From the NCBI GenBank assembly GCA_029262355.1, contig JAJCZO010000264.1, forward strand, positions 19,257 to 83,256: a DNA stretch of 64,000 nucleotides. Reading direction: 5' to 3'. Shown piece after piece: positions 1-8,026 of the stretch. Origin of the DNA: Deltaproteobacteria bacterium. GTDB taxonomy: Bacteria > Desulfobacterota > Binatia > UBA12015. The translations under genes were made by a program, and so were the position numbers. Numbering within the stretch: position 1 is the stretch's first letter; each line of letters opens with the position of its first letter. The notes beneath the pieces were generated by a model. That model worked only from the letters and a program-made list of their open reading frames with translations. It did not search any database and was not told the DNA's origin.

Positions 1-282
1 TGCGATCTCGGTGGCGCCGGCTCCACACCCAAGGCTCAGCCACGTGCCGTCTCGGCGGAGGTCGAGATCCTCGACGAGTGCGCCGAGCCACGTTCGTTCG
101 CTGCTGCCGGTCTGCTTCTCCTGAACGCAGTTGGCCAGTACGATCCCTGCATCGAGCCACCCGCGGACCGATGACTCGGTGCGGCGCGCCGTCGTCTCCG
201 ACCATAGCTTGGAGACTCGGTCGAGCGGCGAAGGTTCGGCCGTGCTCGAGCGCGCGTCGTCGTCGCGCCGTTGGGTCGTCAT
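1..282 (-). CDS. class I SAM-dependent methyltransferase, N-terminal part (gene runs off the left edge)
   Basis: My own minus-strand translation from the ATG at 282-280 gives MTTQRRDDDARSSTAEPSPLDRVSKLWSETTARRTESSVRGWLDAGIVLANCVQEKQTGSSERTWLGALVEDLDLRRDGTWLSLGCGAGATEIA. 'LSLGCGAG' is SAM-binding motif I. The ATG overlaps the TGA of the upstream gene (ATGA, 279-282). The ORF is truncated and therefore absent from the ORF track. Confidence 0.5.
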   Translation of the reverse strand, partial: MTTQRRDDDARSSTAEPSPLDRVSKLWSETTARRTESSVRGWLDAGIVLANCVQEKQTGSSERTWLGALVEDLDLRRDGTWLSLGCGAGATEIA

Positions 283-1028
283 GAGCCCTTCCGAAAGTCC
301 GCCCTGTGGGCTTGAACGACGCAGATGAGGTTGAGGTCGACTACCGGCACGAGGGCGGGCAGCCAGAGGACCCGCGGCGACTCGAAGTAGTAGCGGAGGA
401 TTGCGAGCAGTCGTTGTGGGGCATTGACGTGCTCGCGGGCCATGATCAGATCCTTCTCTCGTTTCGTGATGCCATTGAGGCGCATGGCTTTGCGCATCGT
501 GACCAGTTGGCCGGCTCGCCACGCCCAACCCGGGTCGCACGGAAGTGCGATCGAGAGAAGACCATCGGGCGCGAGGAGCCCGCACCATCGCAGGATGGCT
601 TCCTCTGGGTTCGGGATGTGCTCCAAGACGTGTGAGGCGAGGATTCGTGTAAAGTCGCCTTCGAGAGTGGCAAGGCCGGGGTCCTCGTCGAAGTGGTGGA
701 CGTGTGTCCAGGCGGGTAGGTCGGGACGTTGACCGAGCTTTTCGAGGAGCGGCGTCGTGTCGGAGATCACATACGACTCGATCTCCTGGCGGCGCATCCA
801 CGAGAAGTGCGGCTTCACGGCGCCACCGATCTCCAGGATCCGCCGATTGAATCGGGCTTCGACTCCCAGATCGAGCGCGCGGTGGCCCAGCGACATGGCG
901 AAGCCGGCCGCGCCCGAGTAGACGTACTCCTCGTAGTTCTCGTAGACAGCAGCACTACTCCGGTGCTCGAACTTTTCGATGGGCAACTGCAGCTCCTGGG
1001 CCTGGGATCTGACGTTCGTGCGGTTCAT
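279..1028 (-). CDS. class I SAM-dependent methyltransferase
   Basis: 249-aa ORF with 'RRILEIGG' (motif I) and 'ASHVLEHIPNPEEAILRWCGLLAPDGLLSIALP' (typical Methyltransf_11/23 post-I to motif III region). Confidence 0.85.
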   Translation of the reverse strand: MNRTNVRSQAQELQLPIEKFEHRSSAAVYENYEEYVYSGAAGFAMSLGHRALDLGVEARFNRRILEIGGAVKPHFSWMRRQEIESYVISDTTPLLEKLGQRPDLPAWTHVHHFDEDPGLATLEGDFTRILASHVLEHIPNPEEAILRWCGLLAPDGLLSIALPCDPGWAWRAGQLVTMRKAMRLNGITKREKDLIMAREHVNAPQRLLAILRYYFESPRVLWLPALVPVVDLNLICVVQAHRADFRKGS

Positions 1029-1140
1029 AGCAGAGTGTCCAGCGGCCGCGCCTGGACATGAAGCCGAGTCCGGGGCTCAAAAGCGCTCGCAGGGCGTTCC
1101 CTGACCAGCTATTCTCCCCGCCGGAAGGCCTGCAGCGTCT

Positions 1141-1428
1141 TTGATGATGTTCGATTCGAAGCCAACGATAGAGGAGCGTATCTCCCACATCGCCAGTCTG
1201 GAGGCCATGCTGGAGGACCTGCGCCACGAGAAGGAGATGGCGCGGGCCGTTGCCGCCCGCAGGGCCCGTGATTGCGTGCGGCTCGAGCGTGAAATCACGA
1301 TTCTTCGCGCGGAGCGGGATTCGTTCCGGCGGCAGTTCGAGGAGCGAAACCGGCTGCTCGGGGTGGTGACCCAGTCGGGGAGCTTTCGGTTGATGCAGGT
1401 TCTGCGCCGCGTTCTCGGGCGAGAGTGA
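1141..1428 (+). CDS. small coiled-coil protein (hypothetical)
   Basis: 95-aa ORF with high GC3 and a heptad-like E/R/L-rich sequence. It ends in 'SGSFRLMQVLRRVL', resembling the C-terminal 'SKGWRALEWLRAL' of the coiled-coil methyltransferase at 8628-10070. First gene of a + strand string running into the GT2-GT4 gene. Confidence 0.5.
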   Translation: MMMFDSKPTIEERISHIASLEAMLEDLRHEKEMARAVAARRARDCVRLEREITILRAERDSFRRQFEERNRLLGVVTQSGSFRLMQVLRRVLGRE

Positions 1429-1431
1429 ACC

Positions 1432-1713
1432 GTGGCTGACCGTGAACACGCCGCCGTGTACTGGGAGGCCCGCGCGCGTGAGCTGGAGCGACGCCTCGGG
1501 GCCGTTCGGACGAAGCTCGTCGCCCTCGCGTCGGCGTTGCCGCCCGAAGCGCTCGAGCTGCTCGAGCTCGAGGCGGAGGCTCTCGAAGCGGCGACCTGGG
1601 CCGAGAGCCCCGCCGTCGGAATCGAGCACACCCACACGTTCATGCCGTCGGATGTGGAGACCGAGCTCGACATCGTCTGGCAGCGTCTCCGGCCACACGG
1701 GGGGAAGCAATGA
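1432..1713 (+). CDS. small Ala/Glu/Leu-rich protein (hypothetical)
   Basis: 93-aa ORF with a GTG start 4 nt after the preceding stop. Its TGA overlaps the ATG of the downstream glycosyltransferase (ATGA 1710-1713). Confidence 0.45.
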   Translation: MADREHAAVYWEARARELERRLGAVRTKLVALASALPPEALELLELEAEALEAATWAESPAVGIEHTHTFMPSDVETELDIVWQRLRPHGGKQ

Positions 1714-3563
1714 CGGAGCGCCCGGTGTCCATCGTCGTCCTCTGTTGGAACCACTGGGAGCTGACGGAGCGCTGTCTGCGGTCCGTCCTGCAGAACACGG
1801 ATTTGTCGAAGGCCGAAGTCGTCGTGGTCGACAACGGCAGTGAGGATGAGACGGCGGAGCGCCTTCGCGGGATCGAGGGGATCCGCGTCATAACGAACGA
1901 GAAAAATCTCGGATTCGTGCGTGGGAACAACGTCGGCATGCAGGCCGTCGCGGCGGATCGCGACATCGTTCTTCTGAACAACGACGTGGAGGTCCTTCAG
2001 GACGACTGGCTCGAGAAGCTCTTGGCTACCGCGACGTCCGCCCCGGACATCGGGATCGTCGGATGTCGGCTCCGGATGCCCGACGGGCGGCTCTTGCACG
2101 CGGGAACGTACATCTTGCCCGACACGTGTTGGGGGCAGCAGGTCGGTGCGCTGGAGCCCGACCTGAACCAGTACGCGATCGACCGCGAGGTTCAGGGGAT
2201 CGTCTTCGCGTGCGCGTATCTTCGGCGCGAGGTGATCGAAGCCATCGGCATGCTCGCCGAAGACTACGAGTCCTACTTCGAAGACACAGACTACTGTCTC
2301 GCCGCGGCCAAGGCCGGGTGGCGGACGTTCTGCTGCGGCGGCGTGACGATCCTGCACAACGAACACGGCTCGACGCAGGACGATCCGACGAAGTTCAACA
2401 AGCTCTTCGAGACGAGTCGGCGAATCTTCCGCCGAAAGTGGAAGGACGGGCTCGAGGCGCGGTACGAGCACGATATCGCCTGGCAGTCGATCCTGAACTT
2501 CCCGACGGGCTATGCGATGAGTTCGCGGGCCTTCTTGACGTCGCTCGAACGCCTCGGGGTGCGTACGAGCTACTCCTACGTTTACGGAGCCGGGTCGCCG
2601 TTTCCGGTCGAGGAGCCCGAGGACACCGGGGATTACCTTCTCAACGTGGTCGCCGGGCGGTCCGATGAGCGGAATCCCCCGATCTCGGTCGTGTACGGTC
2701 AGGGCGACGTGTTCGATCGCAATCGCGGGCAGTACCGCATCGGCTACACCATGCTCGAGGTCGACGGCTTTCCGGGTGAGTGGGTCGAGCAGGCGAACCG
2801 GATGGACGAGATCTGGACTCCGACGACCTTCAACAAGGTGGCTCTGCTCGGTTGTGGCGTGACGAAGCCTGTTCACGTGATGCCACTCGGCGTCGATGTG
2901 CAGCATTTTCATCCGGAGATCGACTCGTTCCCGTCGCCCGACGGCGACTTTGTGTTCCTCGCGAGCTTCGAGTGGGGGGAGAGGAAGGCGCCGGAGGTCC
3001 TCCTGTCGGTCTTTAGCGAGACGTTCCGCGCGAGGGAGCCGGTAGCGCTGGTATGTAAGGTGAACAACCGCGACGCTTCCGTTGATCTGATCGCTCAGAT
3101 CGAAGCGCTGCAGTTGAAGCCGTGGGGCGGACGCATCGCATTCATCCACAACCGGGAGCTCCCGTACGAGCAACTCGGGAGTCTCTACCGATCGGCGAAC
3201 TGTTACGTGTCGGCCGGAAGGGGGGAGGGATGGGACATGCCGCTCATGGAGGCGATGGCGTGCGGACTCCCGACGATCGCCACGGACTGGGGCGCGCACC
3301 AAGACTTCGCGCACGACGACATCTCGTACCCGCTGCGCATTCGTGGGACCATCCCCGCGGTCGCGCGTTGCCCGTACTATGACTCGTTCTCCTGGGCCGA
3401 CCCCGACCGGGGGCACCTGGCCGAGTTGCTGCGCGAGGTCTACGAGAATCAGGACGAGGCGGCTCGCCGCGGCGGTCGTGCCGCGGCCGAGATGCGGGAG
3501 CGTTGGTCGTGGGAGACGGCGGTCACTCGGCTTCGTGATCGGCTTGCCGCCATCGGTGCCTGA
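1710..3563 (+). CDS. bifunctional glycosyltransferase (N-terminal GT2 + C-terminal GT4-type GT-B module)
   Basis: N-terminus 'VSIVVLCWNHWELTERCLRSV...VVVVDNGSEDET...NEKNLGFVRGNNVG...LLNNDVEV' is GT2-like. C-terminus 'EGWDMPLMEAMACGLPTIATDWG' carries the GT4 E-x7-E motif. Confidence 0.9.
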   Translation: MTERPVSIVVLCWNHWELTERCLRSVLQNTDLSKAEVVVVDNGSEDETAERLRGIEGIRVITNEKNLGFVRGNNVGMQAVAADRDIVLLNNDVEVLQDDWLEKLLATATSAPDIGIVGCRLRMPDGRLLHAGTYILPDTCWGQQVGALEPDLNQYAIDREVQGIVFACAYLRREVIEAIGMLAEDYESYFEDTDYCLAAAKAGWRTFCCGGVTILHNEHGSTQDDPTKFNKLFETSRRIFRRKWKDGLEARYEHDIAWQSILNFPTGYAMSSRAFLTSLERLGVRTSYSYVYGAGSPFPVEEPEDTGDYLLNVVAGRSDERNPPISVVYGQGDVFDRNRGQYRIGYTMLEVDGFPGEWVEQANRMDEIWTPTTFNKVALLGCGVTKPVHVMPLGVDVQHFHPEIDSFPSPDGDFVFLASFEWGERKAPEVLLSVFSETFRAREPVALVCKVNNRDASVDLIAQIEALQLKPWGGRIAFIHNRELPYEQLGSLYRSANCYVSAGRGEGWDMPLMEAMACGLPTIATDWGAHQDFAHDDISYPLRIRGTIPAVARCPYYDSFSWADPDRGHLAELLREVYENQDEAARRGGRAAAEMRERWSWETAVTRLRDRLAAIGA

Positions 3564-3583
3564 GTACGCCGAAGGGATCCGCG

Positions 3584-5875
3584 TTGCCCGCAACGCGTGA
3601 TCGGCTCGCGCTCTGGTTGAGGGTTCTCGCGGGGCTATTCTTCGCGGCGTACCTTGTGCTCGCCCCGTTCGAGCTGCGTGATTGGTTGGCCGAGCCTACC
3701 GTTGGTGGCCAATGGACGTTGAACGGGTTCGTGCGGAGCGGTGTGGACACGTTTACGAGTGACGGAGAGCCGACGATGCACATCGTTGCTCTCGGCGTTC
3801 GGATCGCTTCTGATGCGGAGTACGACGTACGCTTCGACGTCGAGGCGTCGCCGGAAGAGCGAATCTGGCTCCATGTCGACTTCTACGCGCCCGGGTTCGA
3901 CGAGCCGGACTCCGAGCGTCGGCTGAGCGTGGAGCCAGGCGATGCGGGGCGCGAGGTTCGCGTCGCGCTGCCGGTGAAGGCCGCGCCCACCGAGGTGATG
4001 CTTCGCGTTTTCTACCAGGGGCTGCCCGGGCTCCGCATTTCGAACCTTCGGATCTCCAAGATGCCGGACTGGCTCCCACGTCGGGTCGCGTGGATCGGAT
4101 GGCTCTCGGTCAGCCTGGCCTTGCTGGCGGTGCTCGCCGTGCTGGCCGACGACGAGTCTCGCCTCTGGGCGCGCTTCGGGCACGGCTCGATCTCCGACCG
4201 CACAGGCGTAGCCTTGGTGGTGGTCGCCTACGGCGTCTCCGTGGTCGCTCGGTTCCTGCAGTACGGAGCGACGCCCTATTGGTCGGGTGACGAGTACGTT
4301 TACAAGAGCATCGCCGTCGGAATTTGGGACTTCGGAGGGACGAGCGTTCTTCACAGGGACCACGTCGACGCCATCATCGATTTGCCCAGCCTGCTCTATC
4401 CCTACCTGGTCGCTCCGGCGTTCTCGCTCGGAGAGCACTTCTACACGGGGATTCGGCTGATCAACTCGCTGGTGATGAGTGCCGCGATCTTCCCGGCGTA
4501 CGCGATCACGAGGAAGTTCTGGGACGTCCGTTGGGCGTTCCCGCTCGCGGCATTCTCGGTTTGCGTGCCGGCCATGGGGCTCGGTGCCTACGTGGTGACC
4601 GAAGCGCTCTTTTATCCGGTTCTGCTGACTACGGCGTGGGCGGCGCTACGCTCTCTACCGCGAGCCGATGGCTGGGGAGCCCAGCTCCTCGTAGGCGTCC
4701 TGGCGGCGATCGCCATGAATGTGCGGCCGACGGGCACGTTCCTCCTCCCCGCTTACCTTGCTGCGTATGCCCTGTATGCGCTGTATCGCCATGAGGCGAT
4801 CCGGCTCTACCGAAAACCGACGTGGTTGGTCGCACTGGCAGCGTTCGGCGTCGTTCATTTCGTCTGCCAAGCGACCCTTCGCGGGCCTGCATCCGAAGGA
4901 CTCGGGCTCTACGCCGAGATTCTGTTCGACGATAGCCTCGCGATCTTCCTGAAGATGCTCGAGGAGGACCCGACCGGTCCCATGCGGCTTTTCTCTGGGC
5001 ACTTCCTCACGCTCTCGGTGCCGTATGCGTTCCCGTTGGCTCTCCTGGGTGTCAGCAGCCCGGTTCTTCGGCGGCTGTTTCGAGATCAGCCCGACGAGCT
5101 TGCCCTGGTCGTCGTCGCCGTCATGTTCTCCGGCGCGTTGGTTGGCTTCACTCTGGTGTTCACGCTCTACACGTCGACCTTCGACCTCGGAGCGTTCGAT
5201 CGTTGGCATGCGCGCTACTACGCGCTCGCGAGCCCGCTTCTTCTGTTCGCAGGGGTAGTCGCCGCACGGCGCCTGACGAGCGACCGCCCCTCCCTGCGTT
5301 GGGGGGCCGTCGCCGGGAGTGCTCTGATCGTACTCCTGGGCGGCGCGGTGCTGTTCTGGTCGTCGATTCCGAGCGCTCCCTGGTTCGGCTCGATCGTGGA
5401 CGACATGGATGTGCAGTGGGAACTCTACTGGCCTGGGTTCTATCTGCCGTTCGCGGCTTTGACTACGGCGGGGGCCGCGCTCTGGGCCCTGCGTCGGCCC
5501 GCGGGACTTCGCCTGCTGATCTGCGGGCTTCTCGTATGGGTGGTCGTCGCGGGCGCGGGGGCGGTGCGGCATGCGCGCGTGGGATCCCCGAATCCCGATG
5601 TCGCGTGTGGCCGGGGGCTCGCAGGGTGGGTCGCGTCGTCCAGTGGCCGCCTTGGTGTCTTTGGTTGGTCTCGAGCGACGTTCGTCGGACTCGGGTTCTG
5701 GTTGCCCCGAACGCCGGCGTGGACGCAGTCCGTGCAGAGCGTGGCCGAAATCGACCGCGCCGTGGCGGACGCGGCACTCGATTGGGTGCTCGTGAACGGG
5801 GACTTTGCGCCACCGACCGCCGGGCGCGAGATCCTCGTCTCAGGAAATTGTCGGATCTACGCCATCGATCCTTAG
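3584..5875 (+). CDS. large polytopic membrane protein, GT-C (ArnT/PMT-like) glycosyltransferase candidate with N-terminal extracytoplasmic domain
   Basis: 763-aa ORF with a TTG start preceded by AAGGGA. One N-terminal TM helix, a ~150-aa soluble domain, then more than 10 hydrophobic helices. The first loop 'YWSGDEYVYKSIAVGIW' resembles the acidic DE-type loop of GT-C enzymes. Confidence 0.65.
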   Translation: MPATRDRLALWLRVLAGLFFAAYLVLAPFELRDWLAEPTVGGQWTLNGFVRSGVDTFTSDGEPTMHIVALGVRIASDAEYDVRFDVEASPEERIWLHVDFYAPGFDEPDSERRLSVEPGDAGREVRVALPVKAAPTEVMLRVFYQGLPGLRISNLRISKMPDWLPRRVAWIGWLSVSLALLAVLAVLADDESRLWARFGHGSISDRTGVALVVVAYGVSVVARFLQYGATPYWSGDEYVYKSIAVGIWDFGGTSVLHRDHVDAIIDLPSLLYPYLVAPAFSLGEHFYTGIRLINSLVMSAAIFPAYAITRKFWDVRWAFPLAAFSVCVPAMGLGAYVVTEALFYPVLLTTAWAALRSLPRADGWGAQLLVGVLAAIAMNVRPTGTFLLPAYLAAYALYALYRHEAIRLYRKPTWLVALAAFGVVHFVCQATLRGPASEGLGLYAEILFDDSLAIFLKMLEEDPTGPMRLFSGHFLTLSVPYAFPLALLGVSSPVLRRLFRDQPDELALVVVAVMFSGALVGFTLVFTLYTSTFDLGAFDRWHARYYALASPLLLFAGVVAARRLTSDRPSLRWGAVAGSALIVLLGGAVLFWSSIPSAPWFGSIVDDMDVQWELYWPGFYLPFAALTTAGAALWALRRPAGLRLLICGLLVWVVVAGAGAVRHARVGSPNPDVACGRGLAGWVASSSGRLGVFGWSRATFVGLGFWLPRTPAWTQSVQSVAEIDRAVADAALDWVLVNGDFAPPTAGREILVSGNCRIYAIDP

Positions 5876-5910
5876 TGCACAGCCGTCCGTAGAGGGTCGA
5901 CGTCGGTGCA

Positions 5911-6079
5911 CTAGCAGGTTGTTGAAAAGCTCCGGATCGCGCCAGGTGCGTCCCTTCGACCCGAGGCCAAGGCGCGAAAACGACGCGATAGTCGGGCACT
6001 CTCGCTAGTTTTCGCAACGCGGGGATCGGGTCGAAGGGGCGTGCCTGGCGACGGGAGGAGCTTTTCAACAGCCTGCTAG
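5911..6079. repeat. ~169-bp near-perfect palindromic element (MITE-like / long hairpin) bounded by CTAG
   Basis: Left arm CTAGCAGGTTGTTGAAAAGCTCC (5911-5933) matches the reverse complement of the right arm GGAGCTTTTCAACAGCCTGCTAG (6057-6079) at 22/23 positions. Inner arms GCCAGGTGCGTCCCTTCGACCCGA (5941-5964) and TCGGGTCGAAGGGGCGTGCCTGGC (6026-6049) pair at 21/24. A central GCGAAAAC/GTTTTCGC pair is also present. Confidence 0.6.
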
Positions 6080-6927
6080 GGATCGTGTTCGAAGAGGAAA
6101 CACTTCACGTCGGCGGGCAGCGCTCTCAGGAACGGTAAAATGCAGAGCGAGCTGACGTAGGACGCCAGAGCGACGACGAGGGTCGGCTCGGCGTGACGGA
6201 TGCGCTGCCACAGCCCCCGGGTGTGGAGGGTCGGCATGGGAAAGGCGGTTGCCAGCCGTAGCCCATGGCGCCCGAAGATTCTGCGCAGGCCTTCCTCCGA
6301 GAAGTAGTAGAGGTGCGGCGAGGGGAAGCCGACCTGCCACATGCGCTCGAACGGTCTGCGGAGGCCGACGCGACAGAGCAGCTTGGACGCACGATAGATC
6401 GTGCCGGTGGCCACCGGCAGATTGATCACGGCGATGCCCTCGGGGTGCAGCGATTGCGCCACCGCCGTCGCGACGGCCTCGGTTGGGCGGATGTGTTCGA
6501 ATACGTCGTTGAAGACGACGACATCGAAACCCTCGTCCGTGCGCAGCGCCTCCGGAAAGCAGCCCGCGCGAACGTCGGCCGCCGCGCCGACCGGGTCTGT
6601 CCGAACGCCGTCGTCGGGTTCGATGCCTACCGTGTGATCGAACAGAGGTGCCGCGACTTGGAGAAACCATCCGTGCGCCGACCCGACCTCCAGGAGCGCT
6701 CCGCGCTCACCGCTTCGAAGGTCCTGGAGCCGTTCGAGGATCCGTGCGTAGCCGCGTTGGCGCAGATCACGGAGTCCCTCGGCGCGGCCGACCTCGTCGA
6801 GCTGGGCGCCACCGTCCCCGATCGTCGGCGCGAGGGAAGAGGTTTCGGTGCGGCACGTTCTGCACTCGAAGTGCCAATCGGTGAGGCCTGGGGTGAGTGG
6901 CCCGTCGCATGCCTCGCAACGGGTCAT
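6076..6927 (-). CDS. class I SAM-dependent methyltransferase with N-terminal Cys4 zinc-ribbon
   Basis: 'CEACDGP...HFECRTCRTE' (CxxC...CxxC), 'ALLEVGSAHGWF' (motif I) and 'VVFNDVFEHIRPTEAVATAVAQSLHPEGIAVINLP'. Confidence 0.85.
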   Translation of the reverse strand: MTRCEACDGPLTPGLTDWHFECRTCRTETSSLAPTIGDGGAQLDEVGRAEGLRDLRQRGYARILERLQDLRSGERGALLEVGSAHGWFLQVAAPLFDHTVGIEPDDGVRTDPVGAAADVRAGCFPEALRTDEGFDVVVFNDVFEHIRPTEAVATAVAQSLHPEGIAVINLPVATGTIYRASKLLCRVGLRRPFERMWQVGFPSPHLYYFSEEGLRRIFGRHGLRLATAFPMPTLHTRGLWQRIRHAEPTLVVALASYVSSLCILPFLRALPADVKCFLFEHDP

Positions 6928-6929
6928 GG

Positions 6930-7973
6930 TCAGCGCTCGTGGGGCGCGGCCGCCGCGGCGCGGGCCAGCGGTTGCCGCCGTGCGATCAGGGCCGGGTGGA
7001 CCGGTCGTTTCGGCGTCGACGCGATGTCGAACCCGACGAATGCGAGGAGCAACTGGAGACCGATGACCACGGGCAGCGCGGCGAGCATGACCGTGCCCGC
7101 GGGCGTCGTGACCCCCGCGAGATACGAGGACACCCAGTGCGTCACGCCGTAGACGGTGCCGAAGGTGAGGAGAAGCATTCCGATCGCGAGCTCGAGCGAG
7201 GCAAGAGAGAAGTCGCGAAGGAAGTAGTTGTAGAGCAGCCGTTTGCTCGCGTTGCGGGTGTGGTTGATCAAGAACTCGGGCAGGATGCGTCGAATCCTCA
7301 GGCTACTGACCTCAGTTCCGTACTTCGAGTTCATCGGGATGTCGACGACCACCGCGCGCGCAATGTTCAATCGGAAGAGCATGTCGGTTTCGAAGAAGTA
7401 ACGCTTGCTGAGGAGATCGCGCGGGAGGTACCGAGCCACCTCGGCGTGCAGCGCCGTGTAGCCGTTCGTGGGGTCGAAGATGTCCCAGCAGCCGGCCGAT
7501 AGCTTCGTCATGAACGTGAGGGCGGCGTTGCCGACGACGCGAGCGAGCGGCATCTGGTTCAGTCGGTTCAGATCGTGGAAGCGGTTTCCCTTGGTGTAGT
7601 CCGCTTCTCCATCGAGAATCGGCCGTACGAAGTTCGGTAGAAGCTCAGGCGCCATCTGTCCGTCGCCATCGATCTTCACCAGGATGGTGGCCTCGTCTTC
7701 GAGGGCGGCATCGTACCCGCGCACGACCGCTCCTCCGACGCCGAGGTTTTGCTCATTGCGAAGGACCCGCACCCGGGGGTCGCGGCACTCGGCCTCGACG
7801 AGATCGCCAGACTTCTCGGGGCATGCATCGTCGACCACGTAGATGCGCCAGCACTCGTCTCCGATGCGTGAAAGGACGTCGAGAATCGACCCGGCGACGC
7901 GATAGCTCGGGATGATCACCGCGATCTTCGGCGGCGGTGCGGCCCCAGCGTCGACTTGGCTCCTGTTCGGCAT
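6930..7973 (-). CDS. GT2 polyprenyl-phosphate glycosyltransferase (GtrB/ArnC/DPM1-like) with two C-terminal TM helices
   Basis: The ORF was trimmed to the internal ATG (cat at 7971-7973). The product starts MPNRSQ... and contains 'KIAVIIPSYRVAGSILDVL...YVVDDACPEKSG...NEQNLGVGGAV...KIDGDGQM'. The C-terminal helices are 'LAIGMLLLTFGTVYGV' and 'VMLAALPVVIGLQLLLAFVGF'. The 168 upstream codons are Arg/Pro-rich junk. Confidence 0.9.
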   Translation of the reverse strand: MPNRSQVDAGAAPPPKIAVIIPSYRVAGSILDVLSRIGDECWRIYVVDDACPEKSGDLVEAECRDPRVRVLRNEQNLGVGGAVVRGYDAALEDEATILVKIDGDGQMAPELLPNFVRPILDGEADYTKGNRFHDLNRLNQMPLARVVGNAALTFMTKLSAGCWDIFDPTNGYTALHAEVARYLPRDLLSKRYFFETDMLFRLNIARAVVVDIPMNSKYGTEVSSLRIRRILPEFLINHTRNASKRLLYNYFLRDFSLASLELAIGMLLLTFGTVYGVTHWVSSYLAGVTTPAGTVMLAALPVVIGLQLLLAFVGFDIASTPKRPVHPALIARRQPLARAAAAAPHER

Positions 7974-8026
7974 CCCGGAGGTCAAGATGTGAGATTCAAC
8001 CGATCCGCGGGGCGATGCAAGTGACC

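Noticed and set aside
1426-1431. The single in-frame TGA separating ORFs 1141-1428 and 1432-1713 (same reading frame) could mean a selenocysteine/readthrough codon or a pseudogenised 190-aa gene.
   Set aside because: The first ORF ends right after a motif ('S-x-S-F-R-L-M-x-x-L-R') that is also the natural C-terminus of the coiled-coil methyltransferase. No obvious SECIS-like hairpin follows. A same-frame arrangement has a 1-in-3 chance. I kept them as two genes, but at modest confidence.
1077-3593. 838-aa minus-strand ORF antisense to the GT2-GT4 gene. Similar long antisense ORFs occur at 13174-15060, 19340-21712, 24655-26541, 41960-43849, 46364-48409, 52561-54150 and 55553-57358.
   Set aside because: All lie opposite genes with unmistakable conserved motifs (GTs, TauE, AKR, mfd, ileS, alaS). 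Their products are Arg/Pro/Gly/His-rich with no recognisable motifs. Stop-free antisense frames of this kind are expected in high-GC DNA.
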